In this document: positions 27,930 to 36,938 of the stretch, one piece after another | Layout of the letters: every line of letters begins with the position of its first letter | Numbering within the stretch: the stretch's first letter is position 1 | Assembly (NCBI GenBank): GCA_029288775.1 | Contig: JARIGQ010000001.1 | Span: 29,044-93,043 of the forward strand | Source of the DNA: Candidatus Nomurabacteria bacterium | Lineage (GTDB): Bacteria; Patescibacteriota; Minisyncoccia; Phycocordibacterales; UBA5272 | DNA: 64,000 bases | Direction of reading: 5' to 3' | The notes under the pieces: generated by a model | Seen by the model: only the letters and a program-made list of their open reading frames with translations | What the model was told of the DNA's origin: nothing | The model's database searches: none | Program-made: the position numbers and the translations under genes

Positions 27930-29282
27930 ATGCTTAAACTTAAATCAAAGCAGATCGCGCTCCTTATCGGCGACATGGCAATAGCGGGCTTATCCCTATT
28001 TGTCGCCCTCACTATACGTTTCTTGGCTGTTCCTCCTGAAGATCGTTTTGTGGTGCATGTGGATCTTTTCCTCCCGGTATTTATTCTGTCCATTATTTTT
28101 TACTACAGTTTTGACTTCTATGAATTTAGTCTATTCCAATCAAAACTTCGTCAATTTTCCAAAATCATTAATCTTAATCTTTTGGCCGGATTAATTGGAT
28201 TAGGATACTTTTATATCATTGCTCCGGCTACCGGCCTTACTCCAAAGACAGTATTGGTACTTTATACAGTTTTAACTATTTTATTTTCAAGCATCTGGAG
28301 GCTTTGGATTGTTCAAAAGTCTTTTCCTGCTTCGGCTCGTTCTCGCACGCTGCTTATTGCTCAAGCAGAGGAATACAGTGAATTACGCGAAATGGTCAAT
28401 GGTCATAGTTTTTATCCATACTATATTACCGACCACTTAGATCTTGAACTGGAAAGCTTGGAAGGTTTGGACACCCTCTCCCAGCTTAAAACGATTTTGG
28501 AGCAGAATAACATAGAGCAAGTGATTGTAGATATTCGTGACGAAAGAACGGTGGAACTTTTGCCGTATCTTTATAACTTAGCTGCACAGAGAAAAATTCA
28601 TGTTTTTGATGCTGCACTTGTTTATCAAGACGTATTAAAAAAAATGCCTATGCGAGGAATTGGACATTTTTGGTTTTTTGAATCTGTTCATTTGAACATC
28701 CAAGCATATGAGGCTGCAAAACGATTTATAGATACACTTATCGCTTTACCTGTGTTGTTGGTATATCTTCCTTTGCTCCCTTTTATTTATATTGCTATTA
28801 AGCTTGATGATGGAGGTCCGCTTTTAAGTATTCAAAAGCGGTATGGACGAGGAGGAAAAATACTTAGTTTGTATAAAATCCGCACTATGAACTTTACAGA
28901 TGAAGGAGCATGGGTAAAGCATAATGTCGAAAATAAGGTGACGCGAGTGGGTCAATTTTTCCGTAAGACGCGCTTGGACGAGTTCCCTCAACTCTGGAAT
29001 GTTATTAAAGGAGATATTTCGCTTGTGGGGCCGCGTCCCGATATTTTGGCCCTTGGTGGTCAGCTTTCAGCACAAATTCCATTTTATATGATGCGCTACA
29101 CTGTGGTGCCTGGTCTTTCGGGGTGGGCTCAGATCAATCAAGTGTATCCTCCCAATTCTCTTGAAGAAACCAAGGAGCGGCTTCAGTATGACTTGTACTA
29201 TATTAAGAACAGATCCCTTGTTTTAGACTTCATTGTTATGGTGAAAACATTTCGGGTGCTGGTTCAACGTACGGGTATTTAG
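27930..29282 (+). CDS. Polyprenyl-phosphate sugar phosphotransferase (WbaP/WcaJ-like bacterial sugar transferase)
   Basis: N-terminal TM helices. C-terminal KRFIDTLIAL...DEFPQLWNVIKGDISLVGPRP. Confidence 0.85.
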   Translation: MLKLKSKQIALLIGDMAIAGLSLFVALTIRFLAVPPEDRFVVHVDLFLPVFILSIIFYYSFDFYEFSLFQSKLRQFSKIINLNLLAGLIGLGYFYIIAPATGLTPKTVLVLYTVLTILFSSIWRLWIVQKSFPASARSRTLLIAQAEEYSELREMVNGHSFYPYYITDHLDLELESLEGLDTLSQLKTILEQNNIEQVIVDIRDERTVELLPYLYNLAAQRKIHVFDAALVYQDVLKKMPMRGIGHFWFFESVHLNIQAYEAAKRFIDTLIALPVLLVYLPLLPFIYIAIKLDDGGPLLSIQKRYGRGGKILSLYKIRTMNFTDEGAWVKHNVENKVTRVGQFFRKTRLDEFPQLWNVIKGDISLVGPRPDILALGGQLSAQIPFYMMRYTVVPGLSGWAQINQVYPPNSLEETKERLQYDLYYIKNRSLVLDFIVMVKTFRVLVQRTGI

Positions 29283-29300
29283 ATGTGATAGTATAGGATT

Positions 29301-30374
29301 ATGAAGCAGAGACTTTTTATAACTGGGGGAGCGGGATATATAGGTGCCATGTTAGCGGATCAGCTTTCTAAGCGCGAAGATGTGGACGCTATTCTCCTTA
29401 TTGATAAGGAGAAAGAAACTGAGCTCACAAAGCACACTGAATATAAGGAAAAGATTACGTTTATTCACGATAACCTTGGCAACGATGAAAAGGAAAGTAA
29501 TTGGATGCAAAAGGTTCGCGAGTTTGCGCCCACGGTTATCATTCATACCGCATGGCAAATTCGGGATCTATATGGCAATCTTCCACTTCAACGTAAGTGG
29601 AATGTGATGGGCTCGGATCACGTATTTGATCTCTCCTTTACGCTTCCTTCGGTGCATCGTTTGGTTTATTTTTCGACAGTGGCATCGTATGGAGCTTTTC
29701 CAGACAATACGCTTTCCCATCGGTTTACCGAAAGTGAACCTTTTCGCAAAACAGACTATAACTACGCAGAAGAGAAGCGAATGGTGGAAGAACGTCTTGA
29801 AAAACGATATACGGAAGCTAAAAAGGATGGATGGCACGGACAAGTGTTCGTTGTGCGCCCTGCGGCTATTACTGGACCACGTGGAAGAGTTGATCGTATT
29901 CGTTTTGGTCTTCAGTCTGCACTCTCGGGGACGCTTAAAGGAAAATCTTTCATATACAGTATTATTTCCGCGCTCGTATCCTGGGTTCCAGTTACACCGA
30001 AGTGGCTCCGTCAGTATATTCATGAGGACGATGTAAATGACATTGTAGAGCTTCTTACGTTTGTTCCCGAAGTAAAGGATATGTACGAAGTGTTCAATAT
30101 TTGTCCGTCAGGGGAGGTGGTGCTTGGAAAAGATATGGCTCAGGCCGTAGGAAAGCGTATGCTCCCGATTCAACCTTGGATGGCCCGAGTAGCTTTCTTC
30201 TTTTTTTGGCATGTAACTCGCGGAAAGATTCCTACATCCCGGGGTTCATGGAAGGGATATTCGTATCCAATTGCTGTTGATGGCTCAAAGCTTACTCAGA
30301 TGTTCGGGTATCACTATAAATATCCCTCAAAAGAGGCTTTTGTGAAGTATATTGGGCGCTATGCCAAAAAGTAG
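29301..30374 (+). CDS. NAD-dependent epimerase/dehydratase (SDR) family protein
   Basis: GGAGYIG Rossmann motif at the N-terminus. Confidence 0.8.
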   Translation: MKQRLFITGGAGYIGAMLADQLSKREDVDAILLIDKEKETELTKHTEYKEKITFIHDNLGNDEKESNWMQKVREFAPTVIIHTAWQIRDLYGNLPLQRKWNVMGSDHVFDLSFTLPSVHRLVYFSTVASYGAFPDNTLSHRFTESEPFRKTDYNYAEEKRMVEERLEKRYTEAKKDGWHGQVFVVRPAAITGPRGRVDRIRFGLQSALSGTLKGKSFIYSIISALVSWVPVTPKWLRQYIHEDDVNDIVELLTFVPEVKDMYEVFNICPSGEVVLGKDMAQAVGKRMLPIQPWMARVAFFFFWHVTRGKIPTSRGSWKGYSYPIAVDGSKLTQMFGYHYKYPSKEAFVKYIGRYAKK

Positions 30375-30381
30375 AGAGGGG

Positions 30382-30410
30382 TTGATAAACGCTTCAAATT
30401 AGGGTATAAT
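30382..30410 (+). promoter_or_regulatory. Consensus promoter TTGATA-17-TATAAT giving a leaderless rplY transcript
   Basis: -10 ends at 30410 and the ATG is at 30421. Confidence 0.6.
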
Positions 30411-30420
30411 TGTACCCACT

Positions 30421-31059
30421 ATGACAACATCCAAGCTTACGATTACGGCGACGTCCCGCGCCCCTAAGGAGACCAAAAAAGAAGGTTTCATTCCAGCTGT
30501 GTACTACGGTTCTCATGCCGCATCTACACCAATTTTTATTGATGCAATTGAATTTAAGAAAGTACTTGCCGGCGCCGGTGAATCAAGTTCTATCGAACTT
30601 GTTACTGAGTCAGGGCACGAGAATGCCATGATTCAGGACGTGCAGTTTGATCCAGTAAAAGGCATGCCAATTCACGCTGACTTTTATGTCATCGAAAAGG
30701 GTCAGAAAGTACACGTAAAAACTCCTATTGAATTTGTTGGTGAATCACAAGCGGTGAAGGAAGGAGGTATTCTCGTAAAGGTAATGCATGAACTTTCTAT
30801 CGAAGGTGAACCAAACAAGCTCCCGGTTCATTTTGAAGTTGATATTTCTAAGCTTGTGACGAAAGAAGATGTCATTAAGGTTTCAGATATTGTGCTTCCT
30901 CCAGGGGTCGCGCTTTATCATATTACGGAGGATGAAATCGTTGCTTCTATTACTGAAGCTAAGGAGGAATCTGAAGAAGCGACTCCAGTAGACTTGTCTG
31001 CTATTGAAGTCGAGCAAAAGGGTAAGAAGGAAGAAGAAGGGGAAGCCGCTGCAGAATAA
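30421..31059 (+). CDS. rplY: 50S ribosomal protein L25 / general stress protein Ctc
   Basis: L25 N-terminal domain plus an acidic C-terminal extension. Confidence 0.85.
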   Translation: MTTSKLTITATSRAPKETKKEGFIPAVYYGSHAASTPIFIDAIEFKKVLAGAGESSSIELVTESGHENAMIQDVQFDPVKGMPIHADFYVIEKGQKVHVKTPIEFVGESQAVKEGGILVKVMHELSIEGEPNKLPVHFEVDISKLVTKEDVIKVSDIVLPPGVALYHITEDEIVASITEAKEESEEATPVDLSAIEVEQKGKKEEEGEAAAE

Positions 31060-31067
31060 TAATGAAA

Positions 31068-31100
31068 ACAAAATCGTCACATAAGGTGGCGATTTTTGTT
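31068..31100 (+). terminator. Intrinsic terminator after rplY
   Basis: AAAATCGTCAC-ataag-GTGGCGATTTTT hairpin. Confidence 0.6.
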
Positions 31101-31111
31101 ATACTTTATAT

Positions 31112-32479
31112 ATGAAACGTTTTATGGCTTTTGTTGTTGCCGTATTTCTGATCGGAACAACATTACTGCCTCTTTTGAATGTGCATGCTCAAACGGCGCC
31201 TACCGAATCTCGCGAACAGCTTGAGCAGGAGCTTGCCGATCTTGAAGCGCAAATCAAAGCATTGAATGGTTCCATTGCTCAAACTCAAGCACAAAAAGAC
31301 TCTTTGGCGCGCGATATTAAGCTGCTTAGTCAAAAGATTGATCAAAGCAAACTTAAAATCAAGCAGCATGATGCTGCTATTGGTCAGCTGACTAAAAATA
31401 TTACCGCAAAGAATAAGAGTATAAATGCGCTCAGTGCCAAAATGGATCGTGAAAAAGACTCTCTTGCTCAGATTATGAGAAAGACGGCATATATGGACCA
31501 ATATTCTTTGGTGGATTTTGGTTTGCAGTCGCAATCACTCTCCACGTTCTTTTCGGATGTAGATTCTTTTTCCACGTTAGATCGCGCACTTAATCAAAGC
31601 TTTGCAGACATACGCGCCACTTCCGCGGAGCTTGAAGAGGCAAAGAGTGATCTTGAACAGGCAAAAGACGATGAGACGCAACAAAAGCTTGCTCAAGAAG
31701 CAGAAAAGAAAAAAATAGAGAGCAATCAACAAGAAAAGAATACACTGCTTACTATTACCAACAATCAAGAAGCAGAATATAAGAAAACACTTGCTACTCG
31801 CCAAGCCGAAGCTGCAAAAATTCGAGCCCGACTATTTGATCTGCGTGACGCCACTGCTATTTCTTTTGGAGACGCATATGATCTTTCCGTACAAGCGTCT
31901 CAGTCCACCGGAGTTCGGCCTGCGCTTATTCTCGCTATCCTTATGCAGGAATCCTCTTTGGGACAGAACGTAGGCTCTTGTTACCTTCGTGACTATAATA
32001 CTGGAGACGGTATTTCCATTAAAACCGGTGCTTCTAAGCCACGTACCATGAGTCCTACGCGGGATGTACCAGTGTTTTTGACGCTCATGCAACAGCTTAA
32101 TCGTGATCCGCAAGGTACGCCGGTTTCATGTTGGATCGCGGCATACAGTGGAGGGCAACCATCCGGATGGGGAGGGGCTATGGGGCCAACTCAATTTATT
32201 CCTTCAACCTGGAAACTCTTTATGAATCGTATTATGGCTGTTACGGGAAAATCCTATGCAGACCCATGGAGTCCACGAGATGCTATTACGGCGACAGCTC
32301 TTTACTTGAAGGATTTAGGGGCGGTTTCGGGAAATGAAGCTTCAGAGCGCAATGCTGCGTGTAAATATTATTCGGGTAGATCGTGCGCCTCATCGTCTGC
32401 AGGGGCTGGCTATGGTAATTCCGTAATGCAAAAGATGTATAGCATGCAAAACGACATCGACAAGTTGAATCAGCAATAA
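31112..32479 (+). CDS. Secreted coiled-coil protein with C-terminal lytic transglycosylase (SLT-like) domain
   Basis: Signal peptide. Roughly 250 aa coiled coil. LILAILMQESSL and GPTQFIPSTW motifs. An extended -10 (TGTTATACT) abuts the ATG. Confidence 0.7.
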   Translation: MKRFMAFVVAVFLIGTTLLPLLNVHAQTAPTESREQLEQELADLEAQIKALNGSIAQTQAQKDSLARDIKLLSQKIDQSKLKIKQHDAAIGQLTKNITAKNKSINALSAKMDREKDSLAQIMRKTAYMDQYSLVDFGLQSQSLSTFFSDVDSFSTLDRALNQSFADIRATSAELEEAKSDLEQAKDDETQQKLAQEAEKKKIESNQQEKNTLLTITNNQEAEYKKTLATRQAEAAKIRARLFDLRDATAISFGDAYDLSVQASQSTGVRPALILAILMQESSLGQNVGSCYLRDYNTGDGISIKTGASKPRTMSPTRDVPVFLTLMQQLNRDPQGTPVSCWIAAYSGGQPSGWGGAMGPTQFIPSTWKLFMNRIMAVTGKSYADPWSPRDAITATALYLKDLGAVSGNEASERNAACKYYSGRSCASSSAGAGYGNSVMQKMYSMQNDIDKLNQQ

Positions 32480-32600
32480 AATGCGAATCTGCTTTGTCGC
32501 TACAGGATTTTCCTTAGTCACCCTAGAAATACCTAAGTTTCCTTCGTAACATCCTCAGGCTTTGCGCAGCTTCATTAATTTCCGGCTGGTTAAAATGAGG

Positions 32601-32629
32601 TTGCATTTTGGTAAAATTCGTGGTAGAAT
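32601..32629 (+). promoter_or_regulatory. Promoter TTGCAT-17-TAGAAT giving a leaderless rpmE transcript
   Basis: -10 ends 8 nt before the ATG at 32638. Confidence 0.55.
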
Positions 32630-32637
32630 CGTTAATT

Positions 32638-32850
32638 ATGAAAGCAGACATCCATCCAGAATACTTTGCTAACGCTATCGCAACATGTGCATGTGGAGCA
32701 ACATACGTTGTAGGTTCAACCAAGGAAAATATAGAGGTTGAAATCTGTTCAGCGTGCCATCCTTTCTATACAGGACAGGAAAAGGTGCTTGACTCAACAG
32801 GACGTGTGGATCGTTTCAAGAAGCGCGCCGCTTCTGCAAAGAAGGCGTAA
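32638..32850 (+). CDS. rpmE: 50S ribosomal protein L31
   Basis: MKADIHPEY N-terminus and a CxxC...C Zn-ribbon. Confidence 0.85.
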   Translation: MKADIHPEYFANAIATCACGATYVVGSTKENIEVEICSACHPFYTGQEKVLDSTGRVDRFKKRAASAKKA

Positions 32851-32855
32851 CCTTA

Positions 32856-32895
32856 AAAAGCGCGAAGAACCAGTCGGTTCTTCGCGCTTTTTCTA
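32856..32895 (+). terminator. Strong intrinsic terminator
   Basis: AAAAAGCGCGAAGAACC-agtc-GGTTCTTCGCGCTTTTT hairpin. Confidence 0.85.
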
Positions 32896-32925
32896 TGCTA
32901 CAATTTTCGCACACCTATACTTCTT

Positions 32926-33897
32926 ATGACGTTTGAAGAGTTCAAAGAAAATCCGCGCACGATGTATACCGCTCAAGAATATGAGCGTCTGTTGAAGGCA
33001 AAAGAAGAAGCGCAAGAAATGCTTGCGGATGCGTCTATGGCAGAACTTGCCCAGTCCGAAATTGATGCCTTAACACCCCAGCTTGAATCGCTATGGAAGC
33101 AAATGGAAGAAACAGCTGAGGCTGCCAAGGAGGAAGAGGCCAAGCCAAAGAGTTTGATTTTAGAAATTCAGGGCGGTGCAGGAGGAGATGAGTCGACGCT
33201 TTTTGCCGCGGAACTTGCGCGCATGTATCAAGGGTACGCGGAACAGAAAAATTGGTCTTGGACCAAGCTTGATGAATCTGTCTCCGATGTTGGTGGATAT
33301 AAGGATGTGTCGTTTGAGGTGAAAGGAAAGGATGCCTATGACGCGCTTCGCTTTGAAACGGGTGTACATCGTGTGCAGCGTATTCCTGAGACCGAGAAGA
33401 ATGGCCGCGTACACACGTCAACTGTTACGGTTGCGGTAATGCCTATACGTACAGCCAAGAAAGTAGATATAAATCCGGCGGATTTGGAATTTGAAACTTC
33501 ACGATCAGGTGGAAAAGGGGGGCAGAACGTAAACAAAGTAGAAACTGCTGTACGTGTGATTCATAAACCAACGGGCCTTGCGGTACGTTGTACGATGGAA
33601 CGATCTCAATTGAAGAACAAAGAGCGTGCACTTGAAATGCTTCAAGCCCGCCTGGATCAAATGGCTCAAGAAGAAGATGATAAAAAGCATGCTTCCGAAA
33701 AGAAAGCGCAAGTTGGTACAGGTGATCGGTCGGAAAAGATTCGTACCTATAACTTTCCGCAAGATCGGGTGACTGATCACCGCATCAGGCAATCATGGCA
33801 CGGAATACCTAAGATTTTGGAAGGGAACATCGGTCCTATTTTTGATGCACTTCAGAATTTTACAGGAGAGTTTGGAGATGTCAGCGACGAAGACTAA
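32926..33897 (+). CDS. prfA: Peptide chain release factor 1 (GGQ followed by NVNK)
   Basis: PxT-type motif RIPETEKNGR. GGQNVNK in place of the usual GGQHVNKT. Confidence 0.85.
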   Translation: MTFEEFKENPRTMYTAQEYERLLKAKEEAQEMLADASMAELAQSEIDALTPQLESLWKQMEETAEAAKEEEAKPKSLILEIQGGAGGDESTLFAAELARMYQGYAEQKNWSWTKLDESVSDVGGYKDVSFEVKGKDAYDALRFETGVHRVQRIPETEKNGRVHTSTVTVAVMPIRTAKKVDINPADLEFETSRSGGKGGQNVNKVETAVRVIHKPTGLAVRCTMERSQLKNKERALEMLQARLDQMAQEEDDKKHASEKKAQVGTGDRSEKIRTYNFPQDRVTDHRIRQSWHGIPKILEGNIGPIFDALQNFTGEFGDVSDED

Positions 33898-34161
33898 TAC
33901 TCGTATACATATTCACATCTCGTAATTGAAAAAGACTAGCGAGTTGTGGTATAGTTTACGTCCGTCTTGTACGTACAGGACGGAAAAGATAAGCTGCGCA
34001 AGCACTGGAATCGATGCTCGGGTACTGCCCACCTTTCCCATATATATGGAAAATCTGGAGAGTATCTGTTTGCAAAAAGGAAAGTGCTTGCTTTGTTTTT
34101 CTTGTATGGTGCTGTGCACGGCATCATGTGTATACACAAATCTTCTAGATGTTCTTTTACG

Positions 34162-34190
34162 AAAAACCCCTTTTAGGTGGGGTTTTTCGT
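34162..34190 (+). terminator. Intrinsic terminator about 265 nt downstream of prfA
   Basis: AAAACCCC-ttttaggt-GGGGTTTTT hairpin. Confidence 0.6.
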
Positions 34191-34215
34191 TTGAGAGGAC
34201 TGCCCCTTTGAGTGC

Positions 34216-34244
34216 TTCACAAAGCTTATTTTTCGTGCTATAAT
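34216..34244 (+). promoter_or_regulatory. Promoter TTCACA-17-TATAAT for rpsB-tsf, with a roughly 220-nt leader
   Basis: -35 at 34216-34221 and -10 at 34239-34244. The rpsB ATG is at 34470. Confidence 0.55.
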
Positions 34245-34469
34245 TGTATACATACATCCAATCGGGCACATCAGGATTTGGACACCTGAGCACTCACGCC
34301 GAAGCACATGGAAGCGTAGGAAACATCCTACTTTGAGGGCGATTGAGTTGTGGCACGAGGCAAATGTTTTATTAAAATCTAGTAAAGAAGTAGTTTCAGT
34401 AATGAATAAATGCGGTAATGCGTTTTCTAAACCACTGAAATCTACTTTTTACTTAATCTACTATGCAAC

Positions 34470-35138
34470 ATGGCAATCACTAAAGAAGCCTTGGCACAGG
34501 CGGGCCTTCAGTATGGGTATTCTCGTACACGCCGTCATCCATCAGTAAAGCCTTTCATCGAAAGCAACCACAATGGTGTTGACTTTATCAACCTCGAGAA
34601 GACTGCAGAGCAGCTTGAACAGGCAACAGTATTTCTTAAGTCTGTACAAGGAGCAGGGAAGACTATCCTCTTTGTAGGAGTTAAGCCTGAAATCCGCCAA
34701 ATCATCAAGGAAGTGGCGCTTTCACTTGGCGCTCCATATATCGCTGAGCGATTCATCGGAGGTACACTTACTAACTTCCCACAAATGAAGAAGCGTATCG
34801 AGAAGCTTCATGATCTTTTGAAGAAGAAGGAAACAGGAGAACTTGCCGTGTACACTAAGAAGGAACAGCTTCTTATTCAGCGAGATATCGATCGTCTTGA
34901 TCGTGACTTTGGTGGTATCTCAGCACTTACTAATCTTCCGGCTGCAATCGTTATCGTTGATCCACGTCATGAAGATATGTGCGTGAAGGAAGCAAAGCGT
35001 CTTCATATTCCTGTGGTTGCGCTTGCAAACACAGACTGTACACTGGAAGGTATCGAGTATCCAATTGTCGGCAATGATGGATCGGTAGGCGCCGTGCGCT
35101 TTGTGCTCGAAAGCTTAAAAGATGCCCTTCAGGCATAA
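34470..35138 (+). CDS. rpsB: 30S ribosomal protein S2
   Basis: Strong S2 family similarity. Confidence 0.9.
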   Translation: MAITKEALAQAGLQYGYSRTRRHPSVKPFIESNHNGVDFINLEKTAEQLEQATVFLKSVQGAGKTILFVGVKPEIRQIIKEVALSLGAPYIAERFIGGTLTNFPQMKKRIEKLHDLLKKKETGELAVYTKKEQLLIQRDIDRLDRDFGGISALTNLPAAIVIVDPRHEDMCVKEAKRLHIPVVALANTDCTLEGIEYPIVGNDGSVGAVRFVLESLKDALQA

Positions 35139-35175
35139 GTGTAGTAGTGTGTAACACTCTCTTGTAGTAATCAAT

Positions 35176-35631
35176 ATGGACACCATTAAAGAACTTCGTG
35201 AAGAAACTGGCCTCTCATTTGCGCAAATTAAAAAGGCGCTTGATGAAGCAGGTGGGGACAAAGATAAGGCGCGAGAAATCCTCTCGCAGTATTCGGCTGC
35301 TCAAGCTGAAAAGAAAAGTGACCGTGAGGTTGCGGCTGGAGTGGTTTCTGCATATGTGCATTCAACGGGCACCACAGGCGTGTTGCTCGAACTCGGTTGC
35401 GAAACTGATTTCGTGGCAAAGAACGAGGAATTCGTAGCACTTGCCAAAGATTTTGCCATGCATGTATGTGCAATGGCTCCGGAGACAGTAGAAGGAGAAG
35501 ACGAAACCGCGCTTCTTAAGCAGACCTTTATTAAGGATGGTTCAATGACCGTAGAAGGTCGTCTTCAGGCAGCAATTCAAAAGTTCGGCGAGAATATCAA
35601 GATCATTAAATTTATCCGCTACAGCATATAA
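35176..35631 (+). CDS. tsf: Elongation factor Ts (short form)
   Basis: N-terminal UBA-like domain (ELREETGLSFAQIKKALDEAGGD) followed by a dimerisation core. Confidence 0.85.
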   Translation: MDTIKELREETGLSFAQIKKALDEAGGDKDKAREILSQYSAAQAEKKSDREVAAGVVSAYVHSTGTTGVLLELGCETDFVAKNEEFVALAKDFAMHVCAMAPETVEGEDETALLKQTFIKDGSMTVEGRLQAAIQKFGENIKIIKFIRYSI

Positions 35632-35644
35632 GCGGACAATTACC

Positions 35645-36040
35645 ATGCTAGTACTCCTCTTAGTAATATGTGGACTGCTAGCCGCACTGCTTGCGGGTTC
35701 TATTCTCGTCTATCAGCGCTATCGTATTACGAGAGGCATGATTGAGTATAACCCTCACTACAATGGTCCAGGGGATGTATCGCTTACGCTTCTAGCTATC
35801 ATTCGGTACGGACTTAAGCGAAGCGTGCAAATGCGAAGATTTCTTCTGCAGTATCTCGCTCATATTGCGGTTCGTGTGATGTACTATACCGATAAGTTCA
35901 CAGCTTATATGTATTCCAAATCACGCAATTGGTTTGTGAAAAACGCCGTGCGCAATCGAGGAACAGTGCCCCATTTCTGGGAACATTTAAAAGTATATAA
36001 ACAGGAAATGGACAGGGAACGAGCCGAAGAAGAAATGTAA
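35645..36040 (+). CDS. Hypothetical membrane protein (131 aa)
   Basis: N-terminal TM helix. A terminator follows. Sits where pyrH/frr are usually found. Confidence 0.45.
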   Translation: MLVLLLVICGLLAALLAGSILVYQRYRITRGMIEYNPHYNGPGDVSLTLLAIIRYGLKRSVQMRRFLLQYLAHIAVRVMYYTDKFTAYMYSKSRNWFVKNAVRNRGTVPHFWEHLKVYKQEMDRERAEEEM

Positions 36041-36049
36041 CAGTAAAGT

Positions 36050-36080
36050 AAAAACCGCCTTGGCAATGAGGCGGTTTTTA
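36050..36080 (+). terminator. Intrinsic terminator
   Basis: AAAACCGCC-ttggcaatga-GGCGGTTTTT hairpin. Confidence 0.7.
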
Positions 36081-36144
36081 CTTGCAGTGTCTAATGACAA
36101 ACAGAGGTTAATATGGTAGGATAATACCTACGCTATAAATAAAA

Positions 36145-36220
36145 GCCAGAATAGCTCAGTTGGTAGAGCAACGGTTTTGTAAACCGTAGGTCCTCGGTTC
36201 GAGCCCGAGTTCTGGCTCCA
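36145..36220 (+). tRNA. tRNA-Thr (anticodon TGT), CCA encoded
   Basis: 76-nt cloverleaf. Acceptor GCCAGAA/TTCTGGC. Anticodon loop TTTGTAA. T-arm CTCGG-TTCGAGC-CCGAG. Confidence 0.9.
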
Positions 36221-36227
36221 GAAACGT

Positions 36228-36923
36228 ATGATAGATACTCGAAAATACATCTTTACGTTTGTACTTACTGTGGCTATCTTTGCTACTGCATTTTTCGCCT
36301 CTTCCTTTTTCTCAGAAAAGAAAGTACAAACCGTTAAACAAATTCAAGACAATATCGCTATCGACATCACTTCTTCTGAAACGCAGTTTGATCTCTTGAA
36401 AGAGGTGCCGTGCTCGGACATTAATGAAAGCATGCTCTCTCCTCAACTTTCAGAAATCGGGGACAGATTATCTCGAACGGAGACTGATCGTGGAGCAAAG
36501 GATGCAGATGTGGTGTATTTAAAGAAATACTACTCTCTTCTTGAGGTGAAGGATTATTTGCTTTCCAGGCAGTTTGTAGCGAAGTGTGGCCAAACCAAGA
36601 AGCCGGTTTCTATTATTTATTTCTATTCTAATACGGGAGATTGTCCAGATTGTGAACGTGAAGGATATGTATTAACTCGCCTCAAGCAAGAGTATCCAGA
36701 TCTCCATGTATATTCTTTTGATTATAATCTTGATCTCTCGGTGGTAGATTCGATGAAGCAGATTTACAATATTCCTTCTGCTTTGCCTGCTCTTGTTATC
36801 AATGACAAAGCAACTACCGGTTTCAAATCTCTTGAGGAGCTTGACGCGCTTCTCCCTGATAGTCTCAAAGCGGCAACTTCTACATCTGTTACGGACGCAA
36901 CAACTACCAAAAAGACTAAATAG
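36228..36923 (+). CDS. Hypothetical membrane-anchored protein with a CPDC (thioredoxin-like CxxC) motif
   Basis: N-terminal TM helix. YFYSNTGDCPDCEREG motif. Confidence 0.5.
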   Translation: MIDTRKYIFTFVLTVAIFATAFFASSFFSEKKVQTVKQIQDNIAIDITSSETQFDLLKEVPCSDINESMLSPQLSEIGDRLSRTETDRGAKDADVVYLKKYYSLLEVKDYLLSRQFVAKCGQTKKPVSIIYFYSNTGDCPDCEREGYVLTRLKQEYPDLHVYSFDYNLDLSVVDSMKQIYNIPSALPALVINDKATTGFKSLEELDALLPDSLKAATSTSVTDATTTKKTK

Positions 36924-36938
36924 TCTTTCTTACAATCT

